IMG/VR virus record: IMGVR_UViG_3300009873_000003
Location: 1-64,000 of that record
DNA length: 64,000 nt
Strand: one strand, 5' to 3'
Origin: a virus
Lineage: Duplodnaviria; Caudoviricetes
Part shown: positions 58,969 through 64,000 of the stretch, one piece after another
Position numbering within the stretch: the first letter of the stretch is position 1
How the letters are laid out: each line of letters opens with the position of its first letter
The notes under the pieces: generated by a model
The model's database searches: none
What the model saw: only the letters and a program-made list of their open reading frames with translations
What the model was told of the DNA's origin: nothing
Position numbers and translations under genes: made by a program

Positions 58969-60403
58969 TAACGTTTGGTCGAACTACGACTACCTTGAAC
59001 AAAACATCGAAGTGCGTATGATTCTTGACTCGCTTCGTGAATCGAACGGCACAAGAGTTTCAACAATGCTCTGGCGTGTGCCAAGATTTCTGTTACCGCA
59101 ACTGAACACTTACAGAACATTTTCAAGAAATGTTTCAAGCTGTTTGACTGGCGACAACGAACTCTACTTCGACAAACCAGTTGCTATTGCTAAAGGTAAA
59201 CGCTTTCTCAACAAAGTGTCTTTAGACACGCTCTATCGAAAATGGACCTACGGCAATTCGATAGGCAGAACTCAGAAACATGTCGTCCGTGCACTGTGTT
59301 TGCGTTGTTACGATTTCGACAAAAATGAATTTAAACACACCCATATTCGTGACATTCGTTATGAAGGCTTGAAAGAGGTCTACAAAGTAACATTCTCTAA
59401 CAAATTCACGCTAACCCTAACAAGCGACCATCGTCTACTAACCACAGAAGGTTGGAAGACGCTGCAAGACTACGGTTTACATGTTAAAGCTGACGGTCAG
59501 TGCGAATGGAACGAAGGACCGAAAATTGCTGCCAACGAAAAGCTAACGAAACCAAGTGGCCCTCATCCACGCTGGGTGAGAATTAGAAATATAGAATATG
59601 TTGGTGTTGAAAAAGTCTACGATGTTGAAGTTGAGGACGAAAACGAATCGTTTGTCTGCAATGGCATCGTTGTTCACAACAGTCGTGCTAAACGTTTTTC
59701 TAAAACTGTTTCAGAAGTCCTCGACAATCCATATGTGCCGTACATCTGGCAAGCTGACCATGCTGGAATGCAGACGGAAGAAAGATTAGAAGCTTGGAAA
59801 ACACCGATTGCGAACTTTCTGTGGAATGCTTCAATTCAAACTCAAACCTTTTGGGCTGGCTGTCTCTCAAGATTAGGCGTCTCGAAACAATACACAAATC
59901 GTCTAATTGAACCTTACATGTATGTTGACTATCTCGTGACAGCGAACGATTTTGACAATTTCTTGACGCAACGTGACAGCTTTCACGCTCAATTAGAAAT
60001 CCAAGTGCTTGCCCGTCGCCTACGTCTAGCACTAGAATGCAGCGAACCAACAGTGCTAAAAACGAATGAATGGCACCTGCCGTTTGTGACTAATTCTGAA
60101 AAAGAGAACATGTTTGATGCAATCAGACTAAGTGTTGCACGCTGCGCTCGAACCAGTTATCTTGCACCTAACATTGAAACAGACAAACAAGCTGACTTCA
60201 AGCTGTTCGCACGTTTAGCTAAAGACTATCACCTATCACCTTTTGAACATCAAGTCGTGATGTCAGGAACTTGGGGCGGGAATTTGCAAGGCGTGACACA
60301 ACTTCGCAAAGTTCTCGAAACTCACCTTACCTTCACTGATGGCGTGTTCAATTTGAAAGAGTTTGAAAATTTGTTAATGAATCGTCTTTCTCTGTTCGAC
60401 TAA
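58958..60403 (+). CDS. thyX: flavin-dependent thymidylate synthase with intein
   Basis: PRFLL.QLNTYRTFSRNVSS|SRA, NRLIEPY, AQLEI, ARCARTSY, HLSPFEH. Confidence 0.85.
   Translation: MSSSNVWSNYDYLEQNIEVRMILDSLRESNGTRVSTMLWRVPRFLLPQLNTYRTFSRNVSSCLTGDNELYFDKPVAIAKGKRFLNKVSLDTLYRKWTYGNSIGRTQKHVVRALCLRCYDFDKNEFKHTHIRDIRYEGLKEVYKVTFSNKFTLTLTSDHRLLTTEGWKTLQDYGLHVKADGQCEWNEGPKIAANEKLTKPSGPHPRWVRIRNIEYVGVEKVYDVEVEDENESFVCNGIVVHNSRAKRFSKTVSEVLDNPYVPYIWQADHAGMQTEERLEAWKTPIANFLWNASIQTQTFWAGCLSRLGVSKQYTNRLIEPYMYVDYLVTANDFDNFLTQRDSFHAQLEIQVLARRLRLALECSEPTVLKTNEWHLPFVTNSEKENMFDAIRLSVARCARTSYLAPNIETDKQADFKLFARLAKDYHLSPFEHQVVMSGTWGGNLQGVTQLRKVLETHLTFTDGVFNLKEFENLLMNRLSLFD
59141..59680 (+). mobile_element. mini-intein (180 aa)
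   Basis: Starts CLTGD, block B TSDH, ends VYDVEV...GIVVHN followed by Ser. Confidence 0.9.
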
Positions 60404-60490
60404 CATTCGTGCTAAACTTGCTGCTGCTCTCTCTGCTCTCAACAATCATTGTCTATGTCTGCCTTGTTGCTGCTAGCAGAGCAGACGAAA

Positions 60491-60523
60491 AATCCCGCCG
60501 TAAGTTTAGAAAACGGCGGGATT
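60491..60523. terminator. hairpin between convergent genes
   Basis: AATCCCGCCGT/ACGGCGGGATT. Confidence 0.65.
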
Positions 60524-60554
60524 ATGGCTGACGCCAGACAGCTATGGCTGAAGC

Positions 60555-61673
60555 CTACTTCAAGAACTCTTCGCTAACCCAACCTGTGTAGTGAGTGTTA
60601 GGGACACTAACGTTCGCCCAACCGTTCGTCCTCGAATGAACCTGAACAGTTTGGCCTTCGACTAAAACAGTCAGAATCTTCCCCTTGACCATCGTTTCCC
60701 TTAAATTTAAACCAGCTTCAGCAGCCACTGTCATGAACTTGCCAGTGCTTGGAAAGGTTGGTTCAATTTTAATTGGCGGTTTTGCGGAATAGTTATGCCG
60801 ATAATCCCACTGAAGCGATTGCTTGAAATCTTCTAAACTTCTGTCATCAATATGCCATTTCGCATCGCTAGCATTAAATCTGAATAAGATGCCAGCAAGA
60901 ATTTTCTGCTGCTCTTTCTGGTTCCATTCATTCAGTTTGTGATAAAACGTCTGCACCCAACGTCCAGAGTGATTTTCGCTCCAGGGGCCATCACCGTTAG
61001 CCTCAGTGACTAGAACTTCGAGATGTTTAAGCTCAGCAGGAATTGCGTGCATCTGTTCATAGAGGTTTTGAAAGCTAAATTCTCGATGTTCATAGGGCGG
61101 GTTCATCTTCTGACTAACATCAAACTTTTCTAACTCATAACCTTTTGTGTAAGCGTGAAATGAAAAGAAATCAATCTTTTCAAAACCAATCGCTTTTGCT
61201 AGCTTAGGAATCAAATCAACCCAGTCACCTTCAAACGTCGGATTCCAGGGCGCTGGCGGAGCGAATGTTACCTTAGCATTAGGATTCGCACGCTTAATCG
61301 CTGCATAAACTTTAGCGTAACAACTAACATAATCAGACAACGAAGGCTTGATGCCGTCGGGCCATTCCCACTCAAGCGAAAGCTCGTTGCCGATTTGATA
61401 GTAATTGATGTTGGTCGAATTTCTGACAAACTGTTCAACCCTGCTTGCAAACTCGTCATACTTGTCTGGTCTTGGTATCGTGCCTGTTCTCCCATACCCC
61501 CAGTTCAATCTGACAATAGGCGTCAAGTGAGGAACGTCCCACTTTATTCCATCATAGTTACCAGAAATTTCCGTTAACAGTAAGACCCAAGCCTCTCGAC
61601 CAGCGTCACGGACAATGTTCGACCAGCGTTCGTCGAACTCATGAATTCCGTAAATGTTTTTTGACATCTTCAC
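60555..61673 (-). CDS. clan GH-A-like glycoside hydrolase with C-terminal SH3b domain
   Basis: QIGNE acid/base, SFHAY, VTEAN nucleophile; GLNLRE...GWVSEEFL. Confidence 0.75.
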   Translation of the reverse strand: MKMSKNIYGIHEFDERWSNIVRDAGREAWVLLLTEISGNYDGIKWDVPHLTPIVRLNWGYGRTGTIPRPDKYDEFASRVEQFVRNSTNINYYQIGNELSLEWEWPDGIKPSLSDYVSCYAKVYAAIKRANPNAKVTFAPPAPWNPTFEGDWVDLIPKLAKAIGFEKIDFFSFHAYTKGYELEKFDVSQKMNPPYEHREFSFQNLYEQMHAIPAELKHLEVLVTEANGDGPWSENHSGRWVQTFYHKLNEWNQKEQQKILAGILFRFNASDAKWHIDDRSLEDFKQSLQWDYRHNYSAKPPIKIEPTFPSTGKFMTVAAEAGLNLRETMVKGKILTVLVEGQTVQVHSRTNGWANVSVPNTHYTGWVSEEFLK

Positions 61674-61748
61674 TCCTTTTTAAATTAGCGTCTTGAACCT
61701 TAGCATAGCATTCTAACAAGCAGTTTTCAATTTCGCTCAAATTCGTGC

Positions 61749-61777
61749 TTGACAAAGTGTTGAAGATGGGATAGGGT
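61749..61777 (+). promoter_or_regulatory. sigma70-type promoter, divergent from leftward TTGAAA-17-TATGCT
   Basis: TTGACA-17-TAGGGT. Confidence 0.6.
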
Positions 61778-61783
61778 TAAGTC

Positions 61784-61895
61784 ACTCTCAAACGTCAGTA
61801 GTAAGTTCGACTTCACCTTAACTGTTTGAAGAGCGATTTAAAAAAGTCACACAAGTTTTGTCTGATTCTTGTTAAAAATCAGACATTTTTCTTTT
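61784..61895 (+). ncRNA. putative structured small RNA, copy 2
   Basis: Shares CAAACG, GTTCGACTTCA, CTGTTTGAAGA and AAAAAGTC with copy 1; followed by TGTCTGATT/AATCAGACA terminator. Confidence 0.65.
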
Positions 61896-61938
61896 TAAAA
61901 CTGTCCTTCAATCGTTCTAAAATTAAGGTTCACGCACC

Positions 61939-62256
61939 ATGCCTCAATTCTATGTCGCTTTTCTAAAAACTGAAGAAAAAATGTTAGAAGCAGGTATTGT
62001 GACGAAATTTGAAGCTATCACAGTGACACCTGTCATCAAGTTCGCAGACGTTCCTGCAAGCGAATCGTTCCCTATTGTCGCTGTTCGAGCACCTGCTGGT
62101 GTGCGCTTTCTTCTTTCGAGTCACACGCATGTCGTCAACGAGCTTGGCACAATTGCTGATACTGTTAGCGCAGAACATCTGCAACAAATGCTTCGCTTCT
62201 TTGAAAGTTGGGCTGCTTCCTCACCAGCAACAAGAGAGTTAAAACTAGTACGTTAA
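61939..62256 (+). CDS. hypothetical protein
   Basis: AAGGT RBS. Confidence 0.6.
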   Translation: MPQFYVAFLKTEEKMLEAGIVTKFEAITVTPVIKFADVPASESFPIVAVRAPAGVRFLLSSHTHVVNELGTIADTVSAEHLQQMLRFFESWAASSPATRELKLVR

Positions 62257-62266
62257 AGGAGCCATC

Positions 62267-62923
62267 TTGATTCGATTAATCTTAACTATCATTCTCTCAC
62301 TCATCCTTTTTTTTTCAGCTTTCTATATTCTAAAAGCTGAAACAATTGCCCCAGTCCCTCCTGTTTTAATCGCTGACGATGGTGACATCTTAACGCTTCA
62401 CTATCGCCTCCCCTATGCTCGCAGAATTGCTGTCACTTACTCCTACGCTGATGGTGCAATCATGAATCGCACTTTTCTCGAACCTGTTCAGCATCGTGGT
62501 GTGACTGCAAATTTGACGATTTTTAACGCAGCGAGTCTACGAAATGTTCAAATCGTCGTGACTTTGCAAGACAACAGCATTCACACTTTCGAGCCGAGAG
62601 TTGTTGGAGAGAATGCACTCTTCATTCCATTAGTCGATGCCAATGGTGGTCCGAACAACGCTTTCACACTACCGCACGATGGCACATTGACTTTCTTAGC
62701 TGATGGTCAGATGCGAGTGCAAGTGAGGCTTGGTGCATACGATGTGATTCATGTTAGTGTTAAGTCAACGGCTGGCACAGTGTTCGAGCTATTTTCTGGA
62801 AACGATGTTGATTCAACCTTCCCATACGATGGAGAATATGTGCAAGCGTTCGGCTACGTTGTTAATGTCAATAATTTAGCATATGAAACAATCAAATTCG
62901 AGGAAATCCATGTTGAAGAATAG
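62267..62923 (+). CDS. secreted beta-rich protein
   Basis: Signal peptide; AAGGAG RBS. Confidence 0.65.
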   Translation: MIRLILTIILSLILFFSAFYILKAETIAPVPPVLIADDGDILTLHYRLPYARRIAVTYSYADGAIMNRTFLEPVQHRGVTANLTIFNAASLRNVQIVVTLQDNSIHTFEPRVVGENALFIPLVDANGGPNNAFTLPHDGTLTFLADGQMRVQVRLGAYDVIHVSVKSTAGTVFELFSGNDVDSTFPYDGEYVQAFGYVVNVNNLAYETIKFEEIHVEE

Positions 62924-63290
62924 CATAGTCATTCTTTTTTTTGTCCTGAGTCTGTTCCCTCATCAACTGCACGCAGCGGTTGAATCGTCATTTCCAACGC
63001 CTGTCATTCGCTACAGTGGCAACGAGCTTTTTCTAAACTATGAAGTCACTGGCGCTGAATATGTTGAAGTTAGTTATCGCTATCGGGATGCGACGGAACG
63101 AACAATAGTGCGCTTCAATGGCGAAGATGGAATTGTTGATATTAGCACAGTTTTCGCTAACGCTGATGAAATTCGTTTGAATTCATTTTTAGTCGTGATT
63201 GTGGTCAGCACCAGCGAAACCTATCATGAGATTCCAACTCTGTCTTACGCTGAACATTTCTACATTACGGTGGTGCTAAATGAAAGTTGA
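62883..63290 (+). CDS. secreted protein, possibly paralogous to the preceding gene's N-domain
   Basis: Signal peptide; L.L.Y...A..V.V.Y.Y.D pattern shared with the 62267 protein. Confidence 0.6.
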   Translation: MKQSNSRKSMLKNSIVILFFVLSLFPHQLHAAVESSFPTPVIRYSGNELFLNYEVTGAEYVEVSYRYRDATERTIVRFNGEDGIVDISTVFANADEIRLNSFLVVIVVSTSETYHEIPTLSYAEHFYITVVLNES

Positions 63291-63596
63291 CGAAGTGTTT
63301 TCGCTTAAAGAAAAGGGCTTGATTATATTCGTTCACGGCTCAGACGCAGACTAGAAGCGGTAGAAGTTTCCAAATTCCGATTCACAAGTATGTCTCTAAG
63401 GTGACAATCACAGTTGACGAGAAAATTTTCGAGGCGCAAGTTAACGAAGGCACGACAATCGTCTATGTCAATCTCTAGAAAGATGCGACAAATGTCTTAG
63501 TTAGCGTCAGTCAAACGACCGATTTCATTCAACGTCAATCATGCTAAAATTGATTCAGCAGTTCGTGAATCAATCTTAACAAATAAGGAACTTAGC

Positions 63597-63683
63597 ATGA
63601 TTGACGTCAGTTGGAACAGTTTTAACCCGCAAGTCGAACTTCCTGAAGTCTTTGACCCTGAGCTAGACGATGGCACTACCTAA
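63597..63683 (+). CDS. 28-aa acidic peptide
   Basis: AAGGA RBS; MIDVSWNSFNPQVELPEVFDPELDDGTT. Confidence 0.45.
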   Translation: MIDVSWNSFNPQVELPEVFDPELDDGTT

Positions 63684-63747
63684 TGCTGACACAGCGCTCG
63701 AAGCAGAGTGCGAACTAGAACAAGAAATTGAAAATCTATTTGGTTAG
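63670..63747 (+). CDS. 25-aa acidic peptide
   Basis: MALPNADTALEAECELEQEIENLFG; overlaps the previous ORF and ends at a terminator. Confidence 0.4.
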   Translation: MALPNADTALEAECELEQEIENLFG

Positions 63748-63787
63748 AAAACGACCCTAAGAGAAAAAACTCTTAGGGTCGTTTTTT
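63748..63787. terminator. intrinsic terminator
   Basis: AAAACGACCCTAAGAG/CTCTTAGGGTCGTTTT. Confidence 0.85.
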
Positions 63788-64000
63788 GTTGTTGAATCTA
63801 AGCCATTTTCATGTTATGCTTAGTCGATGTCACAAACCTACTGCTCGTTATCTGGTCATAAGTTAGCTCTTAAAAGTGTTGCAAATATTGCTATCTTTAG
63901 TGAAATAGCGAAGGCGAAACTCGTTGTACCTAAGCCGCCAACGTTCATTGATGAAGAAGGTCGCGAACTCGAACACCCATTCCACCCGCTTTATCATGAC

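Noticed and set aside
1-64000. Stop-codon reassignment or diversity-generating retroelement
   Set aside because: Genes are intact and densely packed in the standard code; no reverse transcriptase or TR/VR pair seen

Overview
About 64 kb of a large tailed dsDNA phage (Caudoviricetes-like). The host is probably a filamentous Chloroflexota; this is inferred from TPT/PTAT mucin-like secreted proteins and a GH-SH3b protein. Layout: (1) 1.6-12.8 kb, a leftward early/host-takeover region of small genes plus an SF1 helicase, punctuated by eight related non-canonical promoter cassettes built from 11-bp-phased repeats and headed by a Xis/BldC-like HTH gene; (2) 13.9-18.5 kb, a membrane module with an FtsK/TraB-like ATPase, several membrane proteins and an AT-rich 14-15-bp repeat tract, resembling actinomycete TraB/Spd/clt dsDNA transfer modules; (3) terminase and portal (minus), then head genes (plus); (4) Cys-rich tail/adhesin genes, including three paralogous tube-like + beta-propeller proteins; (5) MscS, mucin-like, PAS-TM, holin-like, SNase and M23 genes; (6) two homologous ~110-nt ncRNA candidates bounded by promoter and terminator, with a predicted pseudoknot; (7) a nucleotidyltransferase and an intein-containing ThyX. 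GATC appears to be avoided. All functional calls come from motif recognition by eye, not from database searches.
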